Position numbers and translations under genes: made by a program. Below the pieces are notes generated by a model. That model was not told the DNA's origin. It searched no databases and saw nothing but the letters and a program-made list of their open reading frames with translations. This document shows, piece after piece, positions 9,169 through 19,761 of a DNA stretch of 45,980 nt. This DNA is from a virus (lineage: Duplodnaviria > Heunggongvirae > Uroviricota > Caudoviricetes): the IMG/VR virus record IMGVR_UViG_2529292882_000016. One strand, written 5' to 3'. Position 1 is the stretch's first letter; each line of letters starts with the position of its first letter.

Positions 9169-10223
9169 CAGAAATCCTCCTCAACATTTTTTTTCTTCCT
9201 GGCGGTAACAGGCTCGGGGAGATAAGCATCTGCCGGGCCAACCCGTAATTCAGTCGTCGTGCCCCGGTCGTCCTGGTTATAGGTGACTTCTGCGATCACC
9301 AGTTCATCATTATCAAAATTATTCAGCGGGTCGAAAACGATGACAGATAACCCCGGACGCCATAACGCGCCACTGCCCTGCCGCCAGCCCTGAACCGTAT
9401 ATGTTGTCTCACGGGTAAGCGCAGCCCGTTGACGCGCTTCAAATTCACAACGGGCCTTACAGGTTGCTGTCGTTGCTGTGCCTGACTGCTGAATCAACAA
9501 AGGGCGATAACGGGTCACACCACTGTCCTGAATGGTCTGACGTATTGCGGCAATGGTAGCCTCACCAAAATCATCATCGTTGCCCGGGCGCTGCCCACTG
9601 ACCTGATATTCAGAAAACCGCTCTCTGATGCTTCTTTCCGTGTCACAGGAAAGAATATTCTCTCCCAGCACCAGTGCTGTCGCCGCTTTGCCTGTTCCGG
9701 GTTTCCCCAGAACCAGTCGACCGCATTCATCGTCATAAGCCAGCGTCTGAACCTGCCCCAGCAACCGGTTAAGACAATCAGCAACGGTTTCGCCGTGTTC
9801 CGGCTGGGCATCAATCACCGCTGTCTGCGGCACACCGGCGTCAACAACGGTGATGCCAAATGGCGCAGCCAGTTCACTGACGATTCTGAGCAGGTTTTTT
9901 CCGCTCTGCTGGACTGGCAAAGCAGAGCAGTCAACCAGATCGGCTGTTTTGCTTCGCCCGACAATTCCCATGCTGACGCTGCTGGCGTCATAACGAAGCG
10001 GTAGAGCCTCCACATATCCGGTGAGCACGGGCTCATCCCCGATAAGCACTTCAACCAGCTCACCATTTTTTATCCGGGGCTGATAATCCCGGCTTCCGGG
10101 CCAGCGGGTGGTAATGGCAACATTAAAATCCCGGGCAATACGGTTAATGCCCGCACTGATACGGACGGATGTCCAGCCGCCCCATTCGCGACCAGAAACC
10201 CGAAGTAAAACGGTATTATTCAT
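9168..10223 (-). CDS. Tail protein, Mu P / late-control-D-like (351 aa)
   Basis: Synteny between the DNA-circulation-like and spike-like genes; start overlaps upstream stop (ATGA). Confidence 0.5.
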   Translation of the reverse strand: MNNTVLLRVSGREWGGWTSVRISAGINRIARDFNVAITTRWPGSRDYQPRIKNGELVEVLIGDEPVLTGYVEALPLRYDASSVSMGIVGRSKTADLVDCSALPVQQSGKNLLRIVSELAAPFGITVVDAGVPQTAVIDAQPEHGETVADCLNRLLGQVQTLAYDDECGRLVLGKPGTGKAATALVLGENILSCDTERSIRERFSEYQVSGQRPGNDDDFGEATIAAIRQTIQDSGVTRYRPLLIQQSGTATTATCKARCEFEARQRAALTRETTYTVQGWRQGSGALWRPGLSVIVFDPLNNFDNDELVIAEVTYNQDDRGTTTELRVGPADAYLPEPVTARKKKNVEEDF

Positions 10224-11611
10224 CTGACGGGTACCCTTAATGCCCGGATCGGAACAAAGCCCGGATGGGAGATGGCATTTCGATCCAGGATATCAGTTTC
10301 ACGGGACGCATCGTCGTACCATGACGCAGCCAGAACAAGCGCAGGAAGAACCTCCGCTGGCGTTCGCTCTGCGGTCTCCTCCGTCTGAACCAGACGGGCC
10401 TGAATATCCCGGTTCAGTTCTGTACGTAATGACGTCAGCTGAAAAAACAGCCTGTCATCCGCCGTACGCCTGAGCTCCTGTTCAATCGCCGCGTTCAGCG
10501 ATTCGCGTATAATGGTGAGATTTTCCCGCGTGGGTGGTTGTGCTGTCTCATTCTGCTCGGTACTGGCAGCCACACTGTCAAGTGCCGGATGAGAAACATG
10601 AATGATATCGGACTGACGTTCAGTGGAACCACCAACAGCCACAACCGCCTGCTGATTTTTCACCAGACTTCCGGGTTGCGGCAGTGAAGTGACCGCCCTT
10701 GCAGCCTCGCTGATTGCCGTCGTCCGGATGACTGCAGCCACCAGATTTGTCTGCTGTTTTTGCCTGACAACCGATGCGGAATCTGTGGGCCACACCGCAC
10801 GCGGTGCCAGTCCTGGATCCAGCGTAATACCGGACATTGTCGTTATGGACTGCACCAGATCCTGTGTGTTGTCCACCAGTCTGGTTCCTGCCCGCCAGGT
10901 ATCCTGCAACGTATGCACAAAATCACTGGCAACCGATGGCGGCATCAGAATGACGGATAAATCGCCCTGCATCAGCCTCATTCCGGCAGAAACAGCAGAA
11001 TTAACCATTTTGAAAGCTGTCTGAACGGTTCCCAGCATATCGGTTGCCCGGGCAATAACATCGTTCTGAATAAAGTCCGATATTCCCGCGAGATCAAAAT
11101 CGCCGAACATGTCTTCAATCAGCTCATCCAGGAATCCGGACGACTCCTCCAGTTTTCTGGCGGTTGCGGCTCCGGCGACCGGAAATGACAGTTCCCCGCT
11201 CTCAACAAACTGAAATGAAACCCGGCACATACGGCCTTCAGTGCTGGAGTGAGAAACGGTCACCTGTCCGTCAATACAGCCCTGCATTTCACCGAACTGC
11301 GGATGGATCAGTGTCCCCGGCCCGGCGGTTTCAATCGCGGTAATCAGCCTGTCGCGCTGCTCTGCGTAATCATCACCAACGAGATACGCATTAATCGTCA
11401 GCCGTCGCGTGGCACGCCCGAGATCTTCCGTGTACGGTTTGTCACGGTTTGGGTATTCATGGACCTGAACGCGGCGTCCGAACGAACCCTCGTCGCTTTC
11501 CACCGAAAACGGAACGCCACGAAATGAAGCATCGTAAAGATTATCGCGCCAGGTCGTTCCGGAAGATGAAGAAAACAAAGAGGACAAAGAAGGTAAGGAA
11601 GGAAAATCCAT
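10220..11611 (-). CDS. Mu N-like DNA circulation / tail protein (463 aa)
   Basis: Follows the tape-measure gene as in Mu-like tail clusters; size consistent. Confidence 0.45.
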   Translation of the reverse strand: MDFPSLPSLSSLFSSSSGTTWRDNLYDASFRGVPFSVESDEGSFGRRVQVHEYPNRDKPYTEDLGRATRRLTINAYLVGDDYAEQRDRLITAIETAGPGTLIHPQFGEMQGCIDGQVTVSHSSTEGRMCRVSFQFVESGELSFPVAGAATARKLEESSGFLDELIEDMFGDFDLAGISDFIQNDVIARATDMLGTVQTAFKMVNSAVSAGMRLMQGDLSVILMPPSVASDFVHTLQDTWRAGTRLVDNTQDLVQSITTMSGITLDPGLAPRAVWPTDSASVVRQKQQTNLVAAVIRTTAISEAARAVTSLPQPGSLVKNQQAVVAVGGSTERQSDIIHVSHPALDSVAASTEQNETAQPPTRENLTIIRESLNAAIEQELRRTADDRLFFQLTSLRTELNRDIQARLVQTEETAERTPAEVLPALVLAASWYDDASRETDILDRNAISHPGFVPIRALRVPVR

Positions 11612-11626
11612 TCTGATACCCCATTA

Positions 11627-13576
11627 TTAACGCCTGAAAGGTGAATACCCAACGTCATGGGTGATTTTCATAAAGGGATCGCCTGTTTTCGGCAAATCGA
11701 TGACGCGCATTCCCGGCGGCGCGTTGTCAAACGTCACCTTAAGTTCGCTGCGGGTTGCCGGTGAAGATGAAAGGCTTAACAGCTGATTCCTTTCCAGTGA
11801 TACATTCGGGGTGTAGCGTTTATCCGGAGATAAATACCCATCACCACGTGGCATCTGCCATCCGGTCATGTCATAGACAAAATCATGGAACTGTTTGCCC
11901 CACTCGTCGAACTTATCATTCAGACCAAATCCACTGTTCAGTGCATCAGCCACAAAATTTTTAACAAGCCAGGGATGTTCTTTTTCAAACTCCTGCGCCA
12001 TCATGCCCAGTTCAAGCAATCCACCAATCAGACTGATCTTCCCGAGCCCCTTTAATTTCAGCGCCGTTTTTCCTGCCGCCGTTGTCCATTGATTCTGGGC
12101 GACTGTTGCCGCACGAATACTTGCCACCGCCTTCACACCAATATACAGAGCAGAAACCGTTGCTATTGTTTTTACTGCCTGCTCCCATCCCCCCATTGCT
12201 CTGACAACCTGATCAACCTCCTGCCAGACTTTTTTCACAACCGGCCCGACCGTTTCCCAGTTATCAATTATGAGATATGCACCACCGACGAGAAGCGCAA
12301 TTAATCCCTTTGCCGGCGTCATATTCATCACGCTACCCATGATTTTTGTTATGCGTGTCAATGTGCCAATCGCCACGCCCATCGTCAGTAATGCCGCTCC
12401 AGTTTTCGCGATGGTTTTTACGACATCAGGATTTTCTCTGACAAACGTGCGCACTTCTTCCAGAAAAGGCTTCATCTCTTTTATGCCTTCATTGATTGAA
12501 GGCAGGAAGGTTTCCCCCAACGTGGAAGAAATCGCATTGATCTGGTTCTGCAGCAGCAACAACTGATTTTCCGTCGTCGCGGCACGGGCGGCATATTCTT
12601 TCTGCATTGAGCCGCCATACTGCTGCGCATCCGCCACACGATTAAAATTGGTTCGCAACAAATCCAGATTCGTGAGCAGCGGCGCAATGGCTCCCAGAGA
12701 CTCCTTCCCGAACAGCGCATTAAGCACAGCAGCCTGTTTTTCTTTCGGCACTTTCGCCAGAGAATCCAGTACGTGCAGCATGGCCCCACGGGCGTCTTTC
12801 TGCATATCCGCCGCCAGTTTTTTCGGGTCAATGCGCAACAGGCGAAGCGCTTTTTTCTGCGATTTGGTGGCAGAATTCCCCGCTGTCAGCGACAGCATAA
12901 AATTCTTTATCCCCGTCGCAGCAATTTCTGATTCCACCCCCATTCCGGCAATGGTTGCCCCCATTGCGGCAATCTCTCCGGAGGCCACACCCGCAACACT
13001 GCCTAAAGGGCCAATACGGGTCACAATATCAGAAATCTTTTTCGCACTTGCAGGACCGGTATTACCAAGATAGTTAATCTTGTCCGCAAGCCCTGCCACC
13101 TCTCCCTGTGTCAGTTTAAAGGCAGTGCGCCACTGTGCCATCATCTGACCGGATTCTTCCGCCGTGGTGTCAAAGGCCACCCCCATCTTCACGGCGTCGT
13201 CAGTAAACTGCATCAGCTCGTCACGGGCGATGCCAGCCTGACCACCCGCCGCCACGATTTCGGCGATACCTTCCGCCGACATGGGCAGTTCTGTTGACAG
13301 GTCGCGCACCTGTTCCGTCATTGCCTTAAACGCTTCCGGCGTATCCAGACCATCCACCACTTTCCGGACATCCGCCATTTTTGATTCAAGGGCAATGGCA
13401 GATTTGACCGGGAGCGCCAGCGCCCCCAGTACTGCGGTTCCGGCACCCGCTGCGCCCAGTGACAGGCTGGCAAACTCCTTTTTAAAGCCTTTCAGCTGGC
13501 GCTGCATCCCCTTCAGCGGTGCCGACACCTTATCCACGGCAGTGATGATCGCCTTCAGCTGAAAACTGTCAGCCAT
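11627..13576 (-). CDS. Tail tape measure protein (649 aa)
   Basis: Long helical, Ala/Gly-rich protein with hydrophobic segments, between chaperone/tube and baseplate genes. Confidence 0.75.
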   Translation of the reverse strand: MADSFQLKAIITAVDKVSAPLKGMQRQLKGFKKEFASLSLGAAGAGTAVLGALALPVKSAIALESKMADVRKVVDGLDTPEAFKAMTEQVRDLSTELPMSAEGIAEIVAAGGQAGIARDELMQFTDDAVKMGVAFDTTAEESGQMMAQWRTAFKLTQGEVAGLADKINYLGNTGPASAKKISDIVTRIGPLGSVAGVASGEIAAMGATIAGMGVESEIAATGIKNFMLSLTAGNSATKSQKKALRLLRIDPKKLAADMQKDARGAMLHVLDSLAKVPKEKQAAVLNALFGKESLGAIAPLLTNLDLLRTNFNRVADAQQYGGSMQKEYAARAATTENQLLLLQNQINAISSTLGETFLPSINEGIKEMKPFLEEVRTFVRENPDVVKTIAKTGAALLTMGVAIGTLTRITKIMGSVMNMTPAKGLIALLVGGAYLIIDNWETVGPVVKKVWQEVDQVVRAMGGWEQAVKTIATVSALYIGVKAVASIRAATVAQNQWTTAAGKTALKLKGLGKISLIGGLLELGMMAQEFEKEHPWLVKNFVADALNSGFGLNDKFDEWGKQFHDFVYDMTGWQMPRGDGYLSPDKRYTPNVSLERNQLLSLSSSPATRSELKVTFDNAPPGMRVIDLPKTGDPFMKITHDVGYSPFRR

Positions 13577-13660
13577 GCTTCATCTCCTCGTTAATGCGGA
13601 CGGCCTCGGCTTCCAGTTCTGTAAACTGCGAAATAGCCACCCGTCGCAGCTCCAGTGGAT

Positions 13661-13990
13661 TCAGTTTCCAGAACCAGGCAACATTGTAGAGTCGTTTCCG
13701 GAGGTGCTTCCCGTCTCCGACTGGGTAAAAAAACGCAGGATCTGCATGCTGGTCTTAAAAATATCCAGTTTTGCCATCTGCGCCGCCGATGAACGCGGGA
13801 TCCCCGCCAGCAGCGGGATATATTTCAGTGCCACCTGGCTGTCCAGTTTAATACTGCCCTCACCGGAAATAATGAAAGGAAAACCCAGGGCCTCGATTTC
13901 GTCATACGTGGGTTCACGCAACTCCAGCACATGCAGCGTTTCGTTATGCGCTGTCACCGGTTTTTTTAAAACAATTTCTGTCACGCTCAT
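13661..13990 (-). CDS. Tail assembly chaperone-like protein (109 aa)
   Basis: Small gene between tail tube and tape measure, the conserved chaperone position. Confidence 0.4.
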   Translation of the reverse strand: MSVTEIVLKKPVTAHNETLHVLELREPTYDEIEALGFPFIISGEGSIKLDSQVALKYIPLLAGIPRSSAAQMAKLDIFKTSMQILRFFTQSETGSTSGNDSTMLPGSGN

Positions 13991-14346
13991 TACTGATATC
14001 CTCCCTCTTCGCCGTGGAATTCAAGATCTGCCGTACCTTCTTCGGCATTATGGTTTGCTTCGCCATGCAGCCAGGCCGCCGAAAGCACATACACCATGCC
14101 GTTTGCCAGCTCGGCAGTAATCGTCATCTGGTCTGAGGCGGTAATTTTGTCGACCGGAAAATTTTTGGGCACTTTAAACGTGCCCTTAACGTAAGGTGAC
14201 CGCCAGGTCTCCTTGTAATCCACATCACCAGCCATGCCGACGACATCATCCCGGACATTGGTGTTCATCGGCACTTCAATGCCACCTGTCAGCGATAACT
14301 GCTGACCATCCACTTTAAAAAAACAGGTTCCGGCGATCTTTGCCAT
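13990..14346 (-). CDS. Tail tube protein (118 aa)
   Basis: Immediately downstream of the sheath gene; typical size for a myovirus tube protein; start overlaps sheath stop. Confidence 0.6.
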   Translation of the reverse strand: MAKIAGTCFFKVDGQQLSLTGGIEVPMNTNVRDDVVGMAGDVDYKETWRSPYVKGTFKVPKNFPVDKITASDQMTITAELANGMVYVLSAAWLHGEANHNAEEGTADLEFHGEEGGYQ

Positions 14347-15842
14347 TATGCTGACTCCTCTGAATACTGGAGACGGAACTGGTTAACCACCGCAAAGACA
14401 CGTAACTGGTTAACATAATCCGGCGGGAACAGCGTGTTCAGTCGGTTCGGGTTATCCGCATCACGCTCAACTATCAGATACTGTTTAAACAGATCGTAAT
14501 TTTCCACAATACCGGCACGCTCCATCTGACGATATGTCGCCAGAAGCTCCCCTTTGATAACGGCAGGAGTAACAATCGCCTGCCCAGGACCAAAACGGGT
14601 ACCATCATTTGCCAGCTTGTGGCGTCCGTACTTGCTTGTGATGACCGATTTCAGTTTGCGAAGAACATATGCGCTGGTATGCAGTGTTTCACTGTCCAGA
14701 TAGCTGTTGTCTGCCACGCCATATGCATTCTTTTTGTATGTGGTTACGGAACGCTGGATCCGCAACGTGCCGCCTTCCACATAAGCCGTCGCCACGCCGT
14801 GAGATAAAAGGGTCTGCTGCTCTGTCATGATGAATCGCTTACCTTTCGGTGCCGGAAGCATCCCCACCAGTTCCCCCGTCTGTGTCGGACGGGCCGGATC
14901 ATTGCGGATAAATACCGCTTCACGGGCAAGGCGACTGGCAACCAGTTCATCGACAGGCGACTGGGTTTCTTTTTCGTAACCGGCAAGCGTGATATGTTGC
15001 TGATTATGCATATCTCCGGCATCAACCAGCTCTGACAGCGTTCCCAGTTTTGCGGTATAGACATGCCCGTATAACTGGCGCGCATAACTCCAGCGACCGC
15101 TGCTGTCATTCATTTCGGTCATCATCATATTGATGGAGGCGGCATCGTTGAACGGCAGACCGATAAAGTCGAATGCCTCATCGCCCATAGCAGCAACAGC
15201 GGCAGTAAGATCAGGCGCGCCACTACCCGCAGTTCCGGCTTCCGTCACAACCTGAAGCCCCGCAGGCAGAATCTCACCACCACCAGAACCATAATAATTC
15301 AGGCAGACAGGCAACTCGTTACCATACAGCCCCTTATGGCGGGCAGTCAGCGTCACCACACCTGCATCAGATGACGCCGCAAACGGCAGGGTGATAACCC
15401 CGTTTACCGCTTCCTTAATCGCGGTGGCAACCGCAGTAGCATCATCGCCATTCACCACAGGCACCTGTACACGGGAGCGCCCGACATACAGACTCATGGT
15501 GCCGCTTTCCTCTGCTTCTCCGGTAACTGTCACCCTGACCGTCGCCGCCGCCCCTTTGGCTTCCGGTACTGCAATAACATACAGTTCACCGAAAGGATCT
15601 GTCTGACGGTAGACGTCAACCATACGCGCCAGCTGGCTCCCGGCCCCACAAATCTGACGGGCATAATCTGCCGACGGCATCAGCACCAGGCTGTTAACCT
15701 CAATGGCGGCATCGTTGCTGGCATGCCCAATCAGTAATGCAGGCGCGCTGGTCACCGCTGTATTTGCCGCAGAATTGTCCATCTCGGCGTAGAACAACGG
15801 CACCAGCGTATTCGACGGAACAGCACTAAAACTTATTGTCAT
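14346..15842 (-). CDS. Contractile tail sheath protein (498 aa)
   Basis: Size, position upstream of tube, and composition typical of myovirus sheath proteins. Confidence 0.75.
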   Translation of the reverse strand: MTISFSAVPSNTLVPLFYAEMDNSAANTAVTSAPALLIGHASNDAAIEVNSLVLMPSADYARQICGAGSQLARMVDVYRQTDPFGELYVIAVPEAKGAAATVRVTVTGEAEESGTMSLYVGRSRVQVPVVNGDDATAVATAIKEAVNGVITLPFAASSDAGVVTLTARHKGLYGNELPVCLNYYGSGGGEILPAGLQVVTEAGTAGSGAPDLTAAVAAMGDEAFDFIGLPFNDAASINMMMTEMNDSSGRWSYARQLYGHVYTAKLGTLSELVDAGDMHNQQHITLAGYEKETQSPVDELVASRLAREAVFIRNDPARPTQTGELVGMLPAPKGKRFIMTEQQTLLSHGVATAYVEGGTLRIQRSVTTYKKNAYGVADNSYLDSETLHTSAYVLRKLKSVITSKYGRHKLANDGTRFGPGQAIVTPAVIKGELLATYRQMERAGIVENYDLFKQYLIVERDADNPNRLNTLFPPDYVNQLRVFAVVNQFRLQYSEESA

Positions 15843-16000
15843 GATTCTTTAGCCTTATCCTGTTTAACACGTACTACATCACCCGCCGCTATACGGCGGA
15901 GCCAGTAGCTGTTTTCTTCCACATTTCGCCCGTCAGAAGGCAAAAGATCTCCACGGGCAGGGTCAGGAACCGACCGCCCTTTCAGGGGTTTCACAAACAT
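15839..16000 (-). CDS. Small hypothetical protein (53 aa), translationally coupled to the sheath gene
   Basis: ORF MFVKPLKGRSVPDPARGDLLPSDGRNVEENSYWLRRIAAGDVVRVKQDKAKES; its TGA overlaps the sheath ATG (ATGA). Not in the supplied ORF track because it is under 60 aa. Confidence 0.35.
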   Translation of the reverse strand: MFVKPLKGRSVPDPARGDLLPSDGRNVEENSYWLRRIAAGDVVRVKQDKAKES

Positions 16001-16009
16001 GAGGGACTC

Positions 16010-16573
16010 TTATTTCTGAGGGAAACGCATTTCCAGATGGTGCTCAAAGTCACCATCCGGGCCAGTACCAGGATCGATGTAATCCACATCAATACTCAGC
16101 AGGGATAAATCCGGCAGAGCATTCACGTCCTCTGCCTGTCGCGTGTCTTCTTCCGTGATTTCATGCTTCGCCGTAAAATCAAACTGGTAATACAGTTCGT
16201 AACGGTTCAGATCCAGCAGGGTGCCACCGGCATAAACAATCTCGCCCCCCTGCGGGTCCGGCATCCACCCAAGCAGGGCTTTCCAGAGTTCTCTACGGAC
16301 ATCATGAACGGCGTCATAGGCTGCCCACTGCCCTTTTTCATCACGCTCATTGCTGAGCACAACAATAACGGAGAAGCCTTCTGTCAAATCCTGCCAGTAA
16401 TCGGTCTGTGATTTTTGTTCCCCCGGCGCATCGTCAGAGGGGACAACATAGGCAGCAGGCAGACGCAGTTTTCCGGCATCAGGGATCGCCTTAAACTGCG
16501 CCGCACCACCAACACGATTCTCAAAACGCGGGCATCGCTCACGCAACGCCGCAATTATTGTTGTCAGTTTCAT
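16010..16573 (-). CDS. Virion morphogenesis / tail completion-like protein (187 aa)
   Basis: Position between head-tail joining genes and the sheath; no motif recognised. Confidence 0.4.
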   Translation of the reverse strand: MKLTTIIAALRERCPRFENRVGGAAQFKAIPDAGKLRLPAAYVVPSDDAPGEQKSQTDYWQDLTEGFSVIVVLSNERDEKGQWAAYDAVHDVRRELWKALLGWMPDPQGGEIVYAGGTLLDLNRYELYYQFDFTAKHEITEEDTRQAEDVNALPDLSLLSIDVDYIDPGTGPDGDFEHHLEMRFPQK

Positions 16574-17133
16574 TTATGCTTCCTTTTTACCGGACGTAAC
16601 GAACGCTGCAACTCACGGGACAACAGTTCCTGCGTCCAGTGACGCCGCCGCTCAATAACGTCAGCCATAAAGTTATTACGCGGGGCCAGCCGGAAAGCCG
16701 AAGAATGGTGCTTCTTCTGCCGCTTATCCTTTTTATCCATTCCATAAGCTGAATGGCGAACGCCGTAATACAGAAATGCCGGATAATAGGGTGCGCCTTC
16801 AGGGAAACGGCGATTCCCCTGCCCGTTTTTCTGGTTAGGAGAAATTTTCACCATCAGTCCGGGGCGACGCGTCGTTTTTTTGGGAACGTAATAACCGATG
16901 GAGCGGGCCAGACGCCCGGTCTGATACCCCGGGTTCTCTCCCGGGCCAGAACGCCCGCGTTTAATCACCAGACGTCTGGCGTCACGCATGTAAACGCGCC
17001 CGATCTGCACAAATGCCCGACGCAGACGGGCGCGATTAAACTCCAGCTCCTTTGGTTGTTTAAAGTCGACGTGTAAAAATGCTGTCTGATTCATGGCATT
17101 CACCCCGTCGTCGCGCTGTACGCAGTTCTTCAC
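16570..17133 (-). CDS. Head-tail joining protein, HK97 gp10-like (187 aa)
   Basis: Basic protein downstream of head-closure genes; family assignment by synteny. Confidence 0.45.
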   Translation of the reverse strand: MKNCVQRDDGVNAMNQTAFLHVDFKQPKELEFNRARLRRAFVQIGRVYMRDARRLVIKRGRSGPGENPGYQTGRLARSIGYYVPKKTTRRPGLMVKISPNQKNGQGNRRFPEGAPYYPAFLYYGVRHSAYGMDKKDKRQKKHHSSAFRLAPRNNFMADVIERRRHWTQELLSRELQRSLRPVKRKHK

Positions 17134-17476
17134 ATTCCAGCAATAAAAAACGCCGCTGACCGTTCAGGTCGCGTATTCGCCGGATCCGGTACTCCTGACC
17201 GTAATAAACCACCTCATGATCTGCCGTGATGTCGTGACGGAAACGGATCGTAAAATAATGCGTAACGATATTTTCTGTCTGCACTGAGCCCTGATAAGCG
17301 GCAGCGCCTGGCTGAGCCACCTTTGCCCAGACATCAAACGACTCCGTATATGTCGGCTCCGTACCAAAATCAGCGGTGGGTTCATCCACCCGAAGGCGGA
17401 TCTTTATCCGGCGATTCAGCTCTCCGGGATCCGGTAAAAGGTAAGTGGCACTGGTCTGACTTTGCCTGATTTTCAT
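17060..17476 (-). CDS. Head closure / head-tail adaptor protein (~138 aa from the ATG at 17476)
   Basis: ATG at 17476 overlaps the stop of the upstream gene (ATGA); sequence ...VTHYFTIRFRHD...DLNGQRR resembles head-tail joining family proteins. Confidence 0.55.
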   Translation of the reverse strand: MKIRQSQTSATYLLPDPGELNRRIKIRLRVDEPTADFGTEPTYTESFDVWAKVAQPGAAAYQGSVQTENIVTHYFTIRFRHDITADHEVVYYGQEYRIRRIRDLNGQRRFLLLECEELRTARRRGECHESDSIFTRRL

Positions 17477-17817
17477 AGCGGGACAATCCTGTAAGGGCCA
17501 GCAAGCCATCTGAAACTCATTGGCGTTTCCAGCTTCTCCACATCGGTGATCGTTGAGCGATTTTCATAAAAATGACTGACCAGCATCAGCATTGCCAGAC
17601 GAACATCATCAGTCAGATGCATCCCGTCAGGATCGTCTTCCGGAATCGTCTCTTCCGGGGCATACAACTTCCTGTTCAGGTATGTCTCTGTTCTTTTCTG
17701 TACCGCCTGCGCCAGCAGTTTCAGAAAATCGCCGTCACTGTACAAACCATCATCGAGCCGGAGGTGAGATTTAATTTCCTCTTCTTTCAGGAGCATATTT
17801 TCCTCCTGTGCCCGCAA
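17473..17817 (-). CDS. Head-tail connector protein, gp6-like (114 aa)
   Basis: Small acidic protein immediately downstream of the major capsid gene, the usual connector position. Confidence 0.55.
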   Translation of the reverse strand: MRAQEENMLLKEEEIKSHLRLDDGLYSDGDFLKLLAQAVQKRTETYLNRKLYAPEETIPEDDPDGMHLTDDVRLAMLMLVSHFYENRSTITDVEKLETPMSFRWLAGPYRIVPL

Positions 17818-17842
17818 TTACGCGGGCACAAAAAAAACCGCA

Positions 17843-19066
17843 TTACGCAGCGGCTTTCTGGCGGGTTGCAGCCCCAATTTTCATCAGCTTAATCGCCTGA
17901 GAATCCACCAGCATACCGCCGGTTCGCTTGGTGGTATAAAAACCCACAAACGGTTTATTGGTGTACGGATCGCGCAGGATACGGGTACCGATGCGATCAA
18001 CGATGGTATAGCCACGTTTGAAGTTACCAAACGCAATGGCTTTTGCATCGGCAGCAATATCCGGCATCTGTTCATTCTCAACGATGCCATACCCTGCCAG
18101 AGAAGAAGGCTGACCCAGCTCAATACCCGGACGCCACAGATAATTTCCGTCGTTATCCTTCAGCAGACGAATGGCAAACAGGCTGCTGTTGTTCATCATA
18201 AACTTCGCGCCGCTGCGGTGCGCCTTGCGCAGGGTGTAAATCAGTTTAATGATCGCATCAGCAGTCACGCCGGAAGCCGCACCGGAAGCAATGTGCTGAA
18301 GTTTGCCAAACGCACGGGTCTTGTCATCTTCATCGGTGGACTCGTAAGCCAGAAAACCTTTTGGTTTTTTGCTGCCGTCGCCACTGGTAAAGGCAATTTC
18401 TTCCTGTTCGGCAAATTCCAGCGCCAGCTCACTGTTGATCCAGTCTTCCACATTGAAGAAAGCGTCATCGAGCATTTTCTGGGTGGCCTGCGGGTTGCCG
18501 TAGATTTCCCCCATAAAGGGTTCAATCAGCCCCAGTTTTGAGGTGGCGGTTTCCGGACGTGCATCCGTTTCCCCCACCCATCCGGACGTTGTGCCGCCCA
18601 GATTCACCAGTTTTTTATAATCCGAGCCCCCGAGGGTGATCACAGTGGCTTCCTGGCGCATCACCACCTCATCTTTCAGTAGCGTCAGAATGGTGCGATC
18701 CAGTTCTTCCGGAATGGCATAACCGCCATCTTCATCATTGCCCACCTGCAGCGCCTTACGCTCCAGCTCACGCAGGCCGTCTTCACGTCCCTTGCGCATA
18801 AATCCGATAAACGCTTCTTTGTGTTCACTGGCAACTTTATTTTGCGTGCCGCCTGCCGGACGCTTGATGTCTGCCAGCTCTTTTTCCAGGTCGCTTTTCA
18901 GGTTCTCCAGCTCGCTGATTTGCCCGTTCAGGCTTTCCACCTGTTCGGCCAGCTTGCCTTTTTCCTGTTCGATCGCGTCAATGCGCTTGTCGTTTTTTGC
19001 CTTAAAATCGTCAAACTTCTGCTGCAGCTCCTGCGCGACCTGCTCCACATCTTTAATGTCAGCCAT
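17843..19066 (-). CDS. Major capsid protein, HK97 family (407 aa)
   Basis: N-terminal coiled delta-like domain followed by a capsid-type domain; located after the prohead protease. Confidence 0.8.
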   Translation of the reverse strand: MADIKDVEQVAQELQQKFDDFKAKNDKRIDAIEQEKGKLAEQVESLNGQISELENLKSDLEKELADIKRPAGGTQNKVASEHKEAFIGFMRKGREDGLRELERKALQVGNDEDGGYAIPEELDRTILTLLKDEVVMRQEATVITLGGSDYKKLVNLGGTTSGWVGETDARPETATSKLGLIEPFMGEIYGNPQATQKMLDDAFFNVEDWINSELALEFAEQEEIAFTSGDGSKKPKGFLAYESTDEDDKTRAFGKLQHIASGAASGVTADAIIKLIYTLRKAHRSGAKFMMNNSSLFAIRLLKDNDGNYLWRPGIELGQPSSLAGYGIVENEQMPDIAADAKAIAFGNFKRGYTIVDRIGTRILRDPYTNKPFVGFYTTKRTGGMLVDSQAIKLMKIGAATRQKAAA

Positions 19067-19080
19067 TATTTTTCTCCTGG

Positions 19081-19761
19081 TTAAAATTTAAGATTTTTCA
19101 GTGCATTCAGTGCGGCATCCACATCCTCAGCATCACGCAGGGATAAAGCGCCATATCCCCCGGCCATGAATGCTTTGGCCTGGGTTCGCGAGAGTCCAAC
19201 ATCGCGCAGGACTCGCTCAATAATTTTCTGATCAGGGATCTCCCCACGCGCCAGCGCATTTTTCACATCGCTGATGCGTGCCTCATCATTGGAAGGAAAC
19301 GTCACCAGACTGACCTCCCACAAGTCGATCTCTTTCAGCAGGAATACCCCTTTTTCACGGTCGTACTCCCAGTCTTTCAGGATGTAGCCAATAGAAAGGC
19401 CGGTTAAAGAACCGGCCTTCATATGGGCATGTGCACGTTTTGCCAGGGGATCATCATCAACGAGTAATCGCCCCCTGACATAAAGCCCGACATCATCTTC
19501 TTTCATTTCGGTGTACACACCGATGGGCTCATCCATGCGGTGCTGCCAGAGCAACGCAGGCAGCGCCTTTTTTTCGCTCCATTTCTGGAGTGTTGTGGTA
19601 AAGGCTCCGGGGACCACCACATCATCGTGGCTGTCCTTAACACCAAAAACAGAACCGTAACCTTCAAATTCCCCGGAATCACTGACGGATTTCAGGTTCA
19701 GCGGTATATCAAGACGCTGTTTTGTCTGCATCTCCACTCTCCTTTTTCTTACCGTTGTCAT
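19081..19761 (-). CDS. Prohead protease, HK97 family (226 aa)
   Basis: Between portal and capsid genes; N-terminal region (GYGSVFGVKDSHDDVVVPGAF) typical of prohead serine proteases. Confidence 0.75.
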   Translation of the reverse strand: MTTVRKRRVEMQTKQRLDIPLNLKSVSDSGEFEGYGSVFGVKDSHDDVVVPGAFTTTLQKWSEKKALPALLWQHRMDEPIGVYTEMKEDDVGLYVRGRLLVDDDPLAKRAHAHMKAGSLTGLSIGYILKDWEYDREKGVFLLKEIDLWEVSLVTFPSNDEARISDVKNALARGEIPDQKIIERVLRDVGLSRTQAKAFMAGGYGALSLRDAEDVDAALNALKNLKF